From: Isurus oxyrinchus | Lineage: Eukaryota | Reading direction: 5' to 3' | Assembly (NCBI GenBank): GCA_026770705.1 | Contig: JANJGN010000008.1 | Span: forward strand, 170,748,001-170,812,000 | Length of the DNA stretch: 64,000 bases | Shown here: in pieces, positions 1 to 13,880 of the stretch | Position numbering within the stretch: position 1 is the first letter of the stretch | Layout of the letters: each line of letters opens with the position of its first letter | Made by a program: the position numbers and the translations under genes | The notes under the pieces: generated by a model | What the model saw: only the letters and a program-made list of their open reading frames with translations | Databases searched by the model: none | Told to the model about the DNA's origin: nothing

Positions 1-297
1 TGCCTTTTCCTCACAACCCTTGATTCCCTCACTGATTAAAAATGTCTGTCTCAGCCTTGAATATGCTTAGCGACTCAGCCTCTACGGTAAAGAATTCCAC
101 AGATTCACTTCCCTCTAAGAGAAGAAATTCCTCCTCATCTCTGTTTTAAATGGGCGACCCCTTACCCTGAGATTATGCCCTCCGGTCCTAGACTCTCCCA
201 CAAGGGGAAACAACCTCTGAGTATCTACCCTGTCAAGCCCCCTAAGAATCTTATATGATTCACTAAGGTCGCCTCTCATTCTTCTAAACTCCAATGG
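1..297 (-). mobile_element. CR1-type LINE 3' fragment
   Basis: Reverse complement of the typical CR1 ORF2 tail (gaattccacagattcac...gaagaaattcctcctcatctc; RRNFFS.R.VNLWNS-like). Confidence 0.75.
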
Positions 298-984
298 GTT
301 TTACTTAGCATAGTTACCAGGAGTTGGAACACTAAATGGAAATTCCAATCCTTAATCCAGGAATCCTGAAGTTAGAATGACTCTGTCCCGGTTAAGCAGC
401 AAAGGCAGTGCTAAGCAAGGGCTGAATCTCGGATCTGATTGATCTGGGATCTGATTCTTGCTATCTGACTTATTTTGCCATGGAAGAGTAACAGGCTAAA
501 CACACGGTTTGACCACATAAACGGCCACAATCCTTTCACCTCCTCCCTTTCCTACTTACAGACCAGCGGTTTAATGCTGTATTTCACATCAAGCACCAGT
601 GATGTGCTCTTACATGTATTTTATGCAGCACAGAGGGAGCTGCAGGCCAGAGGCTGGGGTGTCTTGGCCAAAGTAATTACAGTACCAAACCAGCTGCCCC
701 ACTCTGTAGCGCAAAAAAACCACCCCAATCTCACCTCCTCACTGAAATCATGAACTCATCACAGCTCCCCAAATTGCATCAAATTACAATAGATATTAGG
801 CAAGTAAGAAACTTAGGGGAAGATTATTAAATAGTGTCGTTCTTTTAATATAGTTTTTATATTAGTTGAAATGTTCTTCCACTCCAATTTTAACTCTTAT
901 CCCTGATCTACCAAGGACAGCACGTCTTGTTCAGGTACAACACCACAAGCAGCAATTGCCATTCTTAATGGATGAACCCAAACT

Positions 985-1240
985 GTGAATCTCAGCAGAC
1001 TTTTTGACCAAAGGAGACATCACAGCTGCAATCCATCTATTCCTTATTCAACATACACTCCAGCGGCAGTTGCTGTGTAGTAATCTGGAGTCGGAACTCA
1101 GGTTGATTTCCCCATTCTCTTGTGGCACACCCTACTGCCCTCCCTGCTTAAAACCACACAGACTGAATCAAATCTGAGACTTTCCCAATCTGTGCGGCTG
1201 TTTTCCATACCCAGGCAACACATTTATTTGCAGAGAATTA
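985..1240 (-). mobile_element. Degenerate tRNA-derived SINE (probable)
   Basis: Decayed B-box-like segment near 1160-1200 and a body resembling shark SINEs; recognised by eye only. Confidence 0.35.
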
Positions 1241-1681
1241 GAAGGCTGGAGGAACCAAATTAATTGTTATAGAATATTCTTGGGGAGTTTGAGAATTCCT
1301 AAGTGCAAATGTAACAATTGCTCCCTCTAGTAAGAGATTTGAATGCCAGAGAAAACACATTAAGTTAGGAGTAAGAAGTTAAGTCGGATGGAACTTTTTC
1401 ACTGAAAGGGGAATAGATTGTGAAATAGGTTACATGGGCAGTAAAAATGGATCTAAAGGACAATTTAATGTACCTCACATAGAGATGTGTTTGAGAGATA
1501 AACTGAGGGGTTGGACCAAATAACCATTTACCTTTGAACAAACTGCTATGCGTGTGAGGGCATACTAGATTGAAATATACGAGTAACTATTATTCTGCAA
1601 ACCAGTGAGATTGGGAGAATAGAAATAGACAGATTGCCTGAGAAACAGAATTTGAACAATAACTCAACAGATGTCTCTTAC

Positions 1682-1887
1682 CTGCAGAACTCGCTTTGTA
1701 AGCCCTGTCTTCTGTGCTAGCTGTTTCAGGTCCTTGGCATCAGGATTGTGGTTAATGGCAAAATAAGATTTCATGGTCCTCAGCTGGTGGTGTTTGAAGG
1801 AGGTGCGCATGCGCTTTGTCTTCTGAGTGGGAGGATACTGCTGCTCTCTGTCCATGTGATCACCGTCATTTTCATTACAACTTAACG
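1682..1887 (-). CDS. LHX2: LHX2 coding exon 4, homeodomain helices 1-2 and start of helix 3; final exon (VWFQN...) is outside the window
   Basis: ALSCNENDGDHMDREQQYPPTQKTKRMRTSFKHHQLRTMKSYFAINHNPDAKDLKQLAQKTGLTKRVLQ. Acceptor TTTTGTAG|CG, donor CAG|GTAAGA, 206 bp. Confidence 0.97.
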
Positions 1888-2289
1888 CTACAAAATATTA
1901 GGAAGATAAATTTAAGTATAAGAAGAAATTTTGAATAAATGTGATTATTGTTTAAACATCTATTCCACTGCTATTTTAAGAAAAACTTCGATCTTTTCAT
2001 CATTGACTTGTTTATACTCCCACAATTTGCTTAAGAATTAATTCGGTTTGTGATTACTTTTGGCTCTGGATATTTGTGTGACTTATTAATCATTCCACAG
2101 AATGAAATTCAATTAACATGCTTCCGAAATGAAAAGAATGGGCTGGTTTAGATCTTGCAGCATGATAAATATTTGGTAATTGCATTAAATTAAAACCAAA
2201 TGATTATAAAAAAGGGTATCACAATGATTTTGTCCGTCAGGTTTTCCTTCCCTTCTCTCATGCCTGGGCACATTACCAAAAGCATTAGC

Positions 2290-3022
2290 CATTGACGGTG
2301 CACCAGCTACCCAGCAACACCTCACCCGGTGGCTCCATGCCTGACCCTAGACACTGAGGGTGAGACGTTGGCCTTAGATCCAAACCAGCCAGGAAGTTGG
2401 TGAAGCAATTGTATCGTTGGTCAGTCTGTGCTGGCCTGAGGCATGGACCAAATTCTTCATTCGGCCTCATTTAAATGAAACTGGTGAGCTACCAGCGCCA
2501 ATTCTTCATCCCCCATGCAGCTTGTTGACTGAAGGCTGGCAAACCCCGACTGACTCCGAGACTGGGTCAGCTGCTGGTGGGCAGGGGAACAAAGTGGAAG
2601 GCGGTTGAGAGCTCAGGCTGGCCCTGGGGTGGGGAGAAGTGCAAAGCAGAGTTGTAGAGAGGGGGAATCTGGCCCAGCAGCATCTGGGGAAGTCCTCCAA
2701 ATCCTTCTGGCTCCACAAATGTTTTGAGGCCATTTCAGGAATGATCTTCAGCAGTCCCTTTCAGGATGGCTTATTAGGCCACTTATGACCTGGTACAGTG
2801 AACCCGAGCTTGCACAGCACAAGCTCTGCCCATTTGTAAGCAGAGGTTTGCATTGGAATCCTGTAACTGGTGTTAGGATCCTAATGTACAAATGCACCGT
2901 GTCTAATGCCTAGCTCAGGCGAGTGCTCTACACCCCTGAAAGGGAGGTCATCACCCAAATGTTGTATGCCTGGCCACCATCTTAGACCTGAGAAATGAGT
3001 GACAGTAACGTGAATTTCTCCC
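2290..3022. mobile_element. Old non-autonomous DNA transposon (Harbinger-MITE-like) relic
   Basis: GC-richer island in an AT-rich intron, with a catttaaatg palindrome, ending in gaatttctccc, which resembles the TIRs at 48890 and 62213. Left end not resolved. Confidence 0.35.
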
Positions 3023-3754
3023 TGGGTGTTAGGAGGAAACTCAACCTCAAGGAATGTAACTAGCCTTACCCATCATGCTGATATGCTAACACCATGCTTG
3101 CACAGTAAAGTTACAATATATCACACAAGTTGGTCTTTTCACTTCAAATGTGTTTTCTAATTATTGCACATATTTTGTTTCAATCTGCTGGATTTTGTAT
3201 TTTTAGCAAGTTAGAGCTTGGTTCAAATATTGTCCCATCAAACTACAGAAAAGAAGCTTTATTGCTTTTTGGTAGTCGTAGCATTACAATATAACTTTTT
3301 GTAATCTCCTCTGAAGATATAATGACAATTTGCCACTTCATATTACAAATAAAGTAGAGGTATCATTTATAAAATATTAAAAGAGCAAGAGCAGTGATTT
3401 TGATCTCTACATTTATCTTAAACCTTCTTCTGTGGAAACACAAAATCCATATTGCCATAAATAAAAGATATCCCAACCTGCTCCGTGCTCCCCACCCCCC
3501 CACCCAATCCCCACCAAAAAAACCCAGGGCCTTCTAATGCACATCTTATTGCAAGAAGCTGCTTATGAAAGCTCATGCGTCGATAAACACATAACTAGAG
3601 TTTTGTACCTACAGGAGCTCCACAATTGCACTTCTGTTGAATCAAATTTAAAAATATTAAAGAATGAAAGTATTTTATTTCATTTGGGCGATGCAGTTAA
3701 TGGTGGGATGGTGCACATTGTGTAATTAGCATTACCGCCTAAAGAATGACCGCA

Positions 3755-4200
3755 ATGAATGAAGGAAATACAGAGAGAAGATCCATCTAATGCATATGAT
3801 TGAATTTAGCTGAACTGGAGCCCTGACAATGGAAGCATCATATAAATACATAACAGTATTTAAGATTGCTAATAAATTGTAATAACATCAGCAACTCTTT
3901 TTAAACACAGAAGTCAACAATATTTTGCTGTAACTTGTCCTTCAGGCACATAAACTGGATGAAGAGGTAACGGTGACACCCGAGTGCAAATGAGAAACAT
4001 TTTTTTTTAAGATTCCCAACACCTTTGCTCATTGCTCCCCCGCTAACAGAGAAGGCAGAACACAACTTGCAAGATTTTGTCAATGTCACTCTGGTACAAG
4101 GAAGCACCCAACTATGGCTTGCAGTTCTGTTTTCCCTGCTCTTCCTCGCCTCTGGAATTAGTGTTTCAGTTCAATATCTCCTCCCAATATTCATCAGGGA
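3755..4200 (+). repeat. Copy 1 of a diverged ~450-bp direct repeat
   Basis: Collinear blocks shared with 5265-5725: aaggaaataca, attgaatttagctgaa, gaagcatcata, agaagtcaacaatatttt, ttttttttaagattcccaa, cagagaaggca, caagattttg, cagttcaatatctc. Confidence 0.85.
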
Positions 4201-4564
4201 TTACAAAGTGATGGAATATTCTCTCATTCAGCTCCACTGTTTATCGCAACATCCAATCTGATAGCCTCAGTTAAAGGAGTACTGTATTCATCAACATATC
4301 ATTGGACAAGCCTTGAGAGGGAGAGAAAGGAGCATCACCATCATCATAACTAGATGAGGTGTTCCAAGATTTTGCATCATGGAACTATGCAATTGTTTAT
4401 AAACCAGAAAGAATGCTGTTAAACATTTTTCGTGGAATGGCTTTCCCTTTAATATCATCACAGATTTTTGTGAAGATACAGAGATAATTTCAAAATGCAA
4501 CAGGAACTACTATTGAAGATTATATTTCATTTCAACTGATTACAAATGCCACTGCAGCAAACCT

Positions 4565-4700
4565 CTGGTTCAGTGGTAGTATTTTTGACTCTGATTTAGA
4601 AGGTGCTGAGTTCAAGCCACATTCCAGGCACTTCTGATGAGTGGAGGCCAGAGCTCAGGCTCTGAATCCAGTGGGAAACAGATTTGGTTGTGGGTCCTCC
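4565..4700 (+). mobile_element. tRNA-derived SINE head, degenerate
   Basis: A-box-like tggttcagtggtag and B-box-like gagttcaagcc at tRNA-like spacing. Confidence 0.45.
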
Positions 4701-5264
4701 CTCCTCATTGTATGGGTTGTGAGAACCCATAGAACTCTCCTTCTCACACAGGACTAACCACACTATTAATTGATATGTGATTACAGGCAAAAAAGAAGCA
4801 TTTATATCATGACCCGTCAGGCTGTTTATCAGCCTGCAAGTCTTTCCACTACTACATACGCTTCTGTAAAGAAGGAGTGTGAAGATATGAAAACAATAAA
4901 GCTTCCATTATTTGATAATATTTCCATCAATTTTGATTATTTCATGTTAAAGTGCTAACACTTTTTGCAGATTCCCTTTTTTTAAAAAAAAACAGTAGTT
5001 GATATTTTCACTTTGGAAATTTTCACCAAACTACAACTCGGGGCGTGAAGACTTTATTGGGTATACAAGAAGTCAAAACTTCGCTTCATTCTACTGCAAA
5101 TGGTGCAAATGTAAACAAATGAAATTACATAAATAAAAATTCAGAAGCTATAAGTCCAAATTTTCCTTTCAACTATAATACTGCAAAGACCATTTGTTAC
5201 TGTTTCCAGATATGAAAACTTAATCAGATAACAATGTTAATATTACTTTCTAAGGGATGCCTGA

Positions 5265-5725
5265 TATGAATTAAGGAAATACAAGAGAGAAAATCTATCT
5301 GATATCTGTAATTGAATTTAGCTGAAATGTAGACCCGCCAACTGAAGCATCATAGAAAGACATTAGGTTGTTAACAAAATGGAATAAAATAAGGAACATT
5401 TTTTTAAACAGAGAAGTCAACAATATTTTCCTGTAACCAGTTCTTCAGGAAAATAAACTGGTCATAAATGTCACAATGACATAATAGATATCAAAAGTGG
5501 TAATGAAAAGAACTAATCATAGATTGGTCTTTTTTTTTTAAGATTCCCAATACCATTGTCCACTCCTCCCCAGCCAGCAGAGAAGGCAAACTATCTATTT
5601 CCAAGATTTTGCCAACATCACTGTGGTACCAGGGAGCACCCAATAACGACTTGCTGTTCCATTTTCCCTGCTCATTTACACTCCAACCAGTTCAATATCT
5701 CTTCCGGATGTCATGCCTGAGAGTA
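5265..5725 (+). repeat. Copy 2 of the diverged ~450-bp direct repeat
   Basis: Same ordered blocks as 3755-4200. Confidence 0.85.
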
Positions 5726-6469
5726 GAAAGGTGGCACTTTGTATCACTACCATACAGCAGCATGAAGCAGCAAGGTACTGTGCCGCCTCAGATTTGTATC
5801 TTTAGTTATCGAGCACATTTTGATAAAACATGCTTGTTTTATATTTTAATATCACCAAGTGTTAAAGGAAATTCCATGCCTTTTATGGCTTTCTCCTGTG
5901 TTAACAAAAAAGCTCTAAAATGAATAAAAGATATTTGCCTCACGTGTATTTTGCCACATTAAATACCTGCATATTTGTGGTAAAAGAAAGTACTTTTCAA
6001 TACTTAAAATAACCAGAGTAATCTATCACCCTTATTAGGTTTCAGCTTTCGTACCACTTGTCTTTTAGCCAATAATATCCAGAAAAGACTCCAGTCTATA
6101 ATCTTTCGGCTCTCAGAAACACATATCTTTGAAGCCTTTGACCTCAAATTGAAGCCTCCACAGAGCCTTCCTTTCCAGCAGAATTTGAATGCCTTCAAAT
6201 CCTGTGCAGACAACGATATACTTTAGACAACTTGGTTCTGTTTTAACCGTTCCTCAATTTTCCAAATTCAAGCTCACTACGCAACATCCACTGTCTCAAA
6301 ATCATCTTCCAATTCCCATGCCAAATAGTATTTATGAAGAGTCCCACTTCCAAAAGTGGGATGGTAGTATATTATACCATTATAAAGATGAATATGGAGC
6401 TTGGAGTTAATTGTTCAAGAGGCCAAATACTTGTCCAATATTGCAAACTGTGATAAGAAAGAGGAGATT

Positions 6470-6840
6470 AAAGAATAATTTGATAGAAGTGCTTAAAATT
6501 TGACAGATGGCTCAGCATAGATAGAAACTAATGGCTTTTGGTGATTGAGGGTCCAGCACAGGGAAACATACATAAGAGGTGGTTTAGGACAATGAACAGG
6601 AGAACTTGTTTACACAAAGTTGTGAGGCTATGGAAGGCGCTACTACAATTAGTGATTGAATCAGAGATCAAGTCAACATTTAAGAATAGGTTAAGAGTCA
6701 TTGAAGGAAAGGGTGATAAAGGGATATGGAAACAAACACTGAGCACATAGGATTAGGGGTACTGCTTGTATGGAGTATAGACACCAACATGGACTAGTTG
6801 ACTGAACAGCCTAATGCCCAGTTGTAATTTTTATGTAAAT
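6470..6840 (+). mobile_element. CR1-type LINE 3' fragment
   Basis: Degenerate RRTCLHKVVRLWKAL...TFKNRL, matching the CR1 ORF2 C-terminus, followed by a CR1-like 3' UTR. Confidence 0.65.
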
Positions 6841-9800
6841 TTGTGTTCCAGTACAGAATGCTACTAAATTTTCAGTCATTTATTGCTTAAAGTGAATAGA
6901 ACACAACAAGAGTATATCAGATGCCACTGAGTTACGTGACTCCTTCCCATTTTGCAAGTTTAGGATTACTCTGAAATCAATGCAAATGTTCTTACTCTTA
7001 ACTACTTTAAGTGAAGGGGGGACATTTCTTGCAGTTGCATCATCATCATACATTCCCACAGTGTATGGTTAGGAACTAAGGAAAGTAATCTATTAAAAAT
7101 ATCATTCCTATTATGTTTTCTCTAGGCCTTTAGTTTCAGCACATCCTGGTTTGCATAGTCACAACACTCTTCACCCCTGTGTTCCTTCTAATCAAAACCA
7201 GAACCCAGAGGCTTAGAAATTAACATCAATGAATCAAAAATGTAGGCCAAACCTTTCTGAAACTGACCTTTATCAAAATATTGTGAATAATTTCTCTTAT
7301 GGCAAAAAGCACTCCTAACAACGTTCTTGATTGGTCAAATTCCTCATTCCGAGGTATGGCATGATTTTTAAAAGTGTCGTAATTACTGAGCTGTTTCTGG
7401 GTTCACCCTCTGGTGGATATCTTTTTATCCATGTTCTCTGGCAAGTTCATCTCCAGGGCAATGCACCTCTACAGCAATGCTGCATCGGCTTGCAGCCTCT
7501 CCAGCAGTCGTGGTAACCATTCAAATTATTGCCCTCATGAGGTACCGCTGAGATCAGGAACTTGGGTGAGTGAGAGCTCACACCTTCCCCCCATACCACT
7601 TTGTGGGAATGCTCGTTAATGCTTCAGTGTCCAGTGATATTTTGTCAATCTGGGTGCTGCAGCTTTAAGAGAGTAACCATGACTCATCAAAAGAGGTGTA
7701 CATGTTATGTCATTCACAATCGCCGGCATTCATTCCAGAGTAACCTGCATTGGCAAGCAATGACACTGTTCAAAAACATCATGTCTTTAGACAAAGCATC
7801 GAGCCTCAGATATGCCCCAAGCATGACCTTCATCGTGCTTGAGAAGACATAGAATGGCACAGTTCTGAAGAACATTCCCAAGGCCAAACGGTTCAGAAAG
7901 AGAAGTGTAGCACTTATATTTGCTATTCACAGTACAGTTACCCTATTTATAATTAAACAATGAAATCTAATATCATCTCTGTTTCAGATATAAAAAGATA
8001 AATCATTTTCACACTTCTCAACAATGTTCACCAGTATTAACATTTTTTCCCTTAAATTAAATCTTTAGATTAGCTAATGTAAGAGGGGATCCTGTGTTCT
8101 GAACAAATGCCAAGATGGTCAAAGGTTTACAGTGTTCTACCATCTGATATTGCTGTTTGCAGCTACTCACAAAGCCACAACATGTGGTGTTCCCTTGTAT
8201 CTATTTCCCGGTATTCAAAAAGTGCCAAATCTTCTAAGAAAGAAATTGTGTCATTATACACGGAGAAGTTTCCAGGCAAGTCTAGTCGCAAAGAGCTACG
8301 ATCTGTTTTGATAGAAACTATCCTTGCTGTTTTATTGTTATGCTGTGATTCCGGGTTACAATATTCACCTCATAAACTGATCAAATCATTAAACAAACCC
8401 TCTTGTTTAGAAACTTGCGCGAATTCATCAAAACCGCATCCAGAGTCAATTGTTTCAATCTAGAGCGGCAAATGTTAGCTTTGCTCTGACTTGTCCAGTC
8501 TTCATTTTTAAGGCTGAAACGTACCAGAGGTGTCTATTGTTGGAATCAAATTTTGCAAATGGTATTTTGTTCCTGAATTGTTGTTGTTTGAGCAACTCCC
8601 CCCTGACTGTAATACGAGGCTGGCAACAGTAGTATGAGAAAAACCTCTAGGGGGAGACAGTGTTCCAGAGCCAGTGGCTTCAACTAACTTTTCAATAGGA
8701 TCAGCAATGAAGAAAAAAAATAAAGACTCCATTGCAATTGTGGGATGTCGGCAAAATAGAAAAAACGTTAATATTAAATTCTCTTTGTACAGTTAATAAA
8801 CGCTCCATATCGGATTCTCACGACCCCACTTTGGGTAATTGCTCTGCATTTGATGGTGTGTCTCAGTATAAAACTATTTGCTGTTCAATTATCGATCGAG
8901 CATTTAAAAATTAACCACGGTTCACCACATAATGATCCTGCAATTTACAGCCTGCTGTTAAAAAGCAAGTGGAGGTGTTTGGACCGCTGTGATGAGGGAG
9001 TTTCCTTTCAATTAGAAAAGTTCAAAGGGTTAAGAGCTCCTGAATTCAACTAACAATGCTGAATTATGGGAATCTGGTTACACTAATCCACGATTTTACT
9101 TTTGCATTATTGTCTACAACATACCAACAGCTAATATTCCAAGATTATAGAAGGAACAGCTGGATATTTATCAGTTTTAACCGCTTTATTGCAACTGCAT
9201 TTCCTGTCAAACAATTGGCAACAATACTGTTACTTCAAATTGCTAAACTTTGCAATCCCCTCTGCAGCTCGTACTGTTGCAAAAATATCAGTTTGCATCA
9301 ACGCAGATATTGTTTACATTTTTCGAAATTCAGGGCTGCTTTCCAAACTCGGTTTGCATTGATCTGGCGCCGCAGTGTTACAGCAATCTAAGATCAATGG
9401 TTCTGTCACATGACGAGACTTTGGACATTCCGAATCCTGACATGATCGAATATTGGAGAGAAGGCAAGAAGTTCAATCCTGCATCGTGGGATAAAAATCC
9501 GTCCAATATTAACAGCTCGTCAAGGCAATGTCTTAGGAATTGTAAATCCAGCAAATGAAAAACCGGGGATAAGTTAACGAGTTTTTTTTTATAACACAGG
9601 ATTGTGATGGAACCAAATTCCAGAAACTTACTGTGGGCCAAGTATTTACAGCAAAGGTGAATTTGATGCGGATAAATATTTAACAGACTTGGGGGGGGGG
9701 GGGGGGGAAAGTCAAGGAGCAGTGCACTTCTCCCTTTACCCCAAATCTGTTCCTCCACTTTCGATCAGTTTCCTTCAATTAAAATCAACTAACCGGTGTT

Positions 9801-12198
9801 AGCTCTGTACTGGGGCTTTGGGGAATAGAGGTAAATAAATCACCACTATAAAGTAACGAGACAAATGCGCAGAGCCTTAAACGTCTGTGGAAAATAACAC
9901 TAATGTCATCAACCACTAGTGCAATTTAAACTTTCCTGTCCATTTCAATGCAATCACTAACATTTAATGTTGTCTGCCAAGCCAAAAAAAAGCCCACCTA
10001 TTTGGCAAATACTAAACGCAACCAAGGTAGGCCTAAAAGGAAATTAGCCTAATCGGACTCGTTTAACTTTTATTTGAAATCTTTGCTGGAATTGCTTCTT
10101 TCCTTGGGTTAAATCGAACAACTGGTGTGTTTTTTTTTCTCTCTCTCTCTCTCATGCAGAATTGTAATAGCCCGTTTCATGTGTGCCAACAAGATGTTTA
10201 GTGATGGAAATATGTAATTATTAGGCAATAGGCTCTAATTAGCATAATTGAAGCCTGTTACTGGGAAGAAGTGAATTAGGTAATGAGTTAAGCATGAATA
10301 TATTGACAGTTTACAGAAAACCGCTGCTTTCCGCCTGACTGTCAGGAAAGGCATTTAGAACAAAAAAATACGGTTTGAAAATATGGAAGGATAATTACGC
10401 AAAATCGCATTCCGTGGAAGATTATCCAGAACCGAGGTACTAATTTTAAATGACATATTTACAAACCAACACACAGAGTTTGTGCATGGAATGTATGTAT
10501 CAGGCACATGCGCCTTTTTCAACTTGGGGGGGGGCGGATTTAGGGAGCTAAATGCAGTAATTTGGGGAGGTAGTGAACACAGACAGTGACTCCCAAAATT
10601 TGCGACATACGTAGGATCATTCACCGCAAATTAAGTTGTGCCTGAGTGTCCAATGCGGGGGAAGTGAATATATGTAACATGTACATTATTTTATGCAAAT
10701 GACTTAATTATTTTTTTTCAACGTGCAGACTCCTAAAAATATTATTAACTAAGATTGCGGGTTTTTAAATAGTGAATGAAAATTACACATTTGCGTTCTC
10801 TACAGTACTAATCTTTCCCCAATGGTTAATGTTGAAAGTGATTAGAAGAGCAGCAATCGTGTTTGCTTTTAGTGTGTTTTACTCGACACAAAATAAGCAC
10901 TTGATAATTAATTGATTATGGAATTTTGAATAAATGAATTATAATTCCGTAAAATCGTAAGCAGTTTGACTCCAGACTTGGTGGAAGATGACATCCTGGC
11001 GACGATATCTTAAAGATAAAAGGGATCTCAGTAGACTCGATCTTTAAAAATTTGTGACGGGAGTTCGAGCCCATCTGGTGCACTTTAAGAATTTGCCTTT
11101 TTTTAATTTGCTGGGAATCAGTTCAGGGGTTTGCAGTTTTGTACAGGTGTTCAGTTCTGAACTAAACGCTCGTTCCACAAGGTTTCACCCATTGATTTAC
11201 TGACCCACAAACACTCTAGGCCTCCCGGAAAGTTGGCAGAAAAAGCAACCCTCACCCTCCCCCCCCCCCCCCCCCCCTCCCCCCGCGATGGGCAAAAAAA
11301 ATTGGAAATATAAAAGAAGGACCTTGGCAAAGGAGGCGTTTGAAGTTCCGGCATCCATCTGAGCTGTTTTCCACTTGTCAGCCTCCATCTTCGTCTAAAA
11401 ACTGCCAAGTGCTGCCAGACTCCACCCCACACCCACCCCCTAAGTCCCAACCCTCTAAAGATTAAAGCTTAACGTGGTCAAAGTCTCGAGTAAGCTCCCA
11501 GACCCTTTGAAGGGGAATTCGCGGCCTTTTTAGAACAACGATAAGTTCTGGGCGCATTCCTCGCATTAAATAGGGGCGCATTCTGTACACCTCAAAATGA
11601 GGATGCACTTGTAGTTACCCTGTCTAAGCAGAAACTACTGCACATGTTAGTTTCCACTCCCATTCACTACAAAGTGTGCATTTAAGAGATTTGCCAAACA
11701 TAATTTACCTGTAAACTTCAGAAAGATATAAGACGTCTATCAAATGATACAGTCATAACGCCACTAAAACGGTTGCACTGGAAAGGTCCCATTCGGACCA
11801 GTTTTGGAACCTAGTACAAAATAGGAATAAAATACCTGAGGGTTCACTGGCAGCAACGTCATTTTTCGAAGTTTCTAAGCAGCCCTGTGTGTTGCTGGAA
11901 CATTTAATTATTGGGGCAGAGAATAAGGTGGAGAGGGTAGGAAGTGTTCCCATTGTAAAGCTCCAAAAAAGGAGTCAAATCAAAAGGTCAAGCCTTTTCT
12001 GTTCGCCTGTCCTGGTTCCCAGGATTTCAGACGTACATGTAAAACTAAAGACACACCAGCGCCGTCTACAACTCTGCACTCCTTACCTAGGGGGAAAAAA
12101 CAACTGCCTCAGATGCACTTTATTCCTATTAAAGGTGTCACTAATGCAAACACATCAACCACTCCGGTTGGATCCGAACTCCCTTCAATTTTGGAGAT

Positions 12199-12218
12199 AC
12201 ACACACACACACACACAC
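12199..12218. repeat. (AC)n microsatellite
   Basis: About 10 AC units. Confidence 0.85.
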
Positions 12219-13521
12219 GTATGTGTGGCCATGACTTGTAATATCTTCAACTCTGTACCTTCAAAGATGCTCTTTCTGAGACAATTGAGGATCCGAGAAT
12301 CAAATTTACATGGTTCTCGGGAGAGAGAGTGGGAGAGAGATGTCGAGGGATTTTGTACACGCAATATTGTCACAGGTTTCTGCCGTCAATCAGTGACGGG
12401 AGGGAAGGGGGGTGGGGGTTGGTTAGGAGGAAACCATTCCACACCTCCACAGAAATGTTTCTCAAACATCCCTTCTTGCCCTAAAACTTTACGCACACAC
12501 GGAATTAGGCCGCTTTTGCCTATTTGGAATATTTAAAAAAAATAACCCCACAAAGAAACCACTTCGCCTATTATTTAAATCGTGCGCGAAGCCCAATTAT
12601 TAAAATCAACTGATACTCATCCACCCTTTCTACTCCCCCCCACCCCCTCCCCTCCCCTCCCCCCTCCCCTCCCCAGCAGTTGCCGCTCAGCCTGAGAGGC
12701 TGAAGGGGACAGTAAGGTGGGGGGGTGGGGGAGGTATTTTAATCGCTTCACCATCATTCTTGCACAGCAATGCCTCCAAGTCAACGGCTTCCTTATTTTT
12801 GTAACAAATACGTTCGCCCCGTTTTGTTTTGGAAGCTGAGGTACTTGGCCCCCGTCACACAAACAAATTGCACTTCCCAAAGCTCTCTCTCCAGCAAGGC
12901 CTCTGCGGGCAGAACATTAGCATGTTTGGTTTAATGCAGAGTTCCCGCGCAAACTGGGAGCCCGTTTCTCTAAAGAATAATATCGCGTATACATGTCTCA
13001 GTGAAACAAGACATGCAAAGATGCTGTTGGAAGTCGGAGGATGGAAAACCCTAACCGTGAGTGGAGAAAACCCCCTAAGTGGGAGCTCTCTGTTCCAAAG
13101 CTCCATTGGGACCATTGCCAGCGGGTTCCACATGACAAAGAGACAGGGTGACCCTGTTGTTGGAGTAGGAACACTGGATGTTATAACGGCCAAAGACACC
13201 ATTCTCTGCTTACATCTGTCATTAATTCTAAGCCACGAACCGTAGGTTCGAACACAGGAGTTAGTGACCGCCAATGTTAGCGGAGACGGGACAATTACAA
13301 CAGCGTTGTTAGCGAATCAAAGCAACATTGTGCCCCAGCGAAAGTTGACGCTACTGTTCTATCTCCAGGGTGTTCTGCTTGGCGGCTGTCACACTGATGG
13401 CTTTGACCAAAAACTTGAGGCACTGCTTGAGACATTACAAGCAGCGACCAGTTCCACCATCGGGGATCCCACCATAACCAACTGTGTGAATTGTGTTTGG
13501 GGGAAGTTTAGCAAATCCTAC

Positions 13522-13880
13522 CTGCGTTGTAAGCTGTGAGGTCAGCCGCAGGTCCTGGGCTCTTTCTCTTGCGGGGCCGTCCTTTCTGTACCGTGCCCAT
13601 CCCGTTATAGAAGGGCAGCCCCAGGGTAGCGCCGCTCTTGGAGCCCACGTCCGTGTGGTTGAAGTGAGCCTGGAATTCTCCCTGAATCAGAGTCTCGAAG
13701 TGAATCCTGCAATACACCAGGCTGTCCTTCATGCCGAAGTGATCCCCGGTTGCCAGCATTTTGTTGCAGGTTGTGCATGTGAAACAGTTCAAGTGATAGA
13801 CCAAGTCTCTTGCTCTCATCACCATTTCTGATGCTGAGATCCCGAGATGACATCTGGCGCACCTCTGCACGGAGAATCTC
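13522..13880 (-). CDS. LHX2: LHX2 coding exon 3, LIM domain 2 and linker with basic NLS-like GRPRKRK
   Basis: RFSVQRCARCHLGISASEMVMRARDLVYHLNCFTCTTCNKML...KGRPRKRKSPGPAADLTAYNA. Acceptor CCCCACAG|G, donor G|GTAGGA, 359 bp. RDLVYHLNC, TTCNKML, AHFNH and GPxADLxAYNA are LHX2-type rather than LHX9-type. Confidence 0.97.

Noticed and set aside
1-1680. Final LHX2 exon (VWFQNARAKFRR)
   Set aside because: Not found on the minus strand in this interval; only repeat relics are present.
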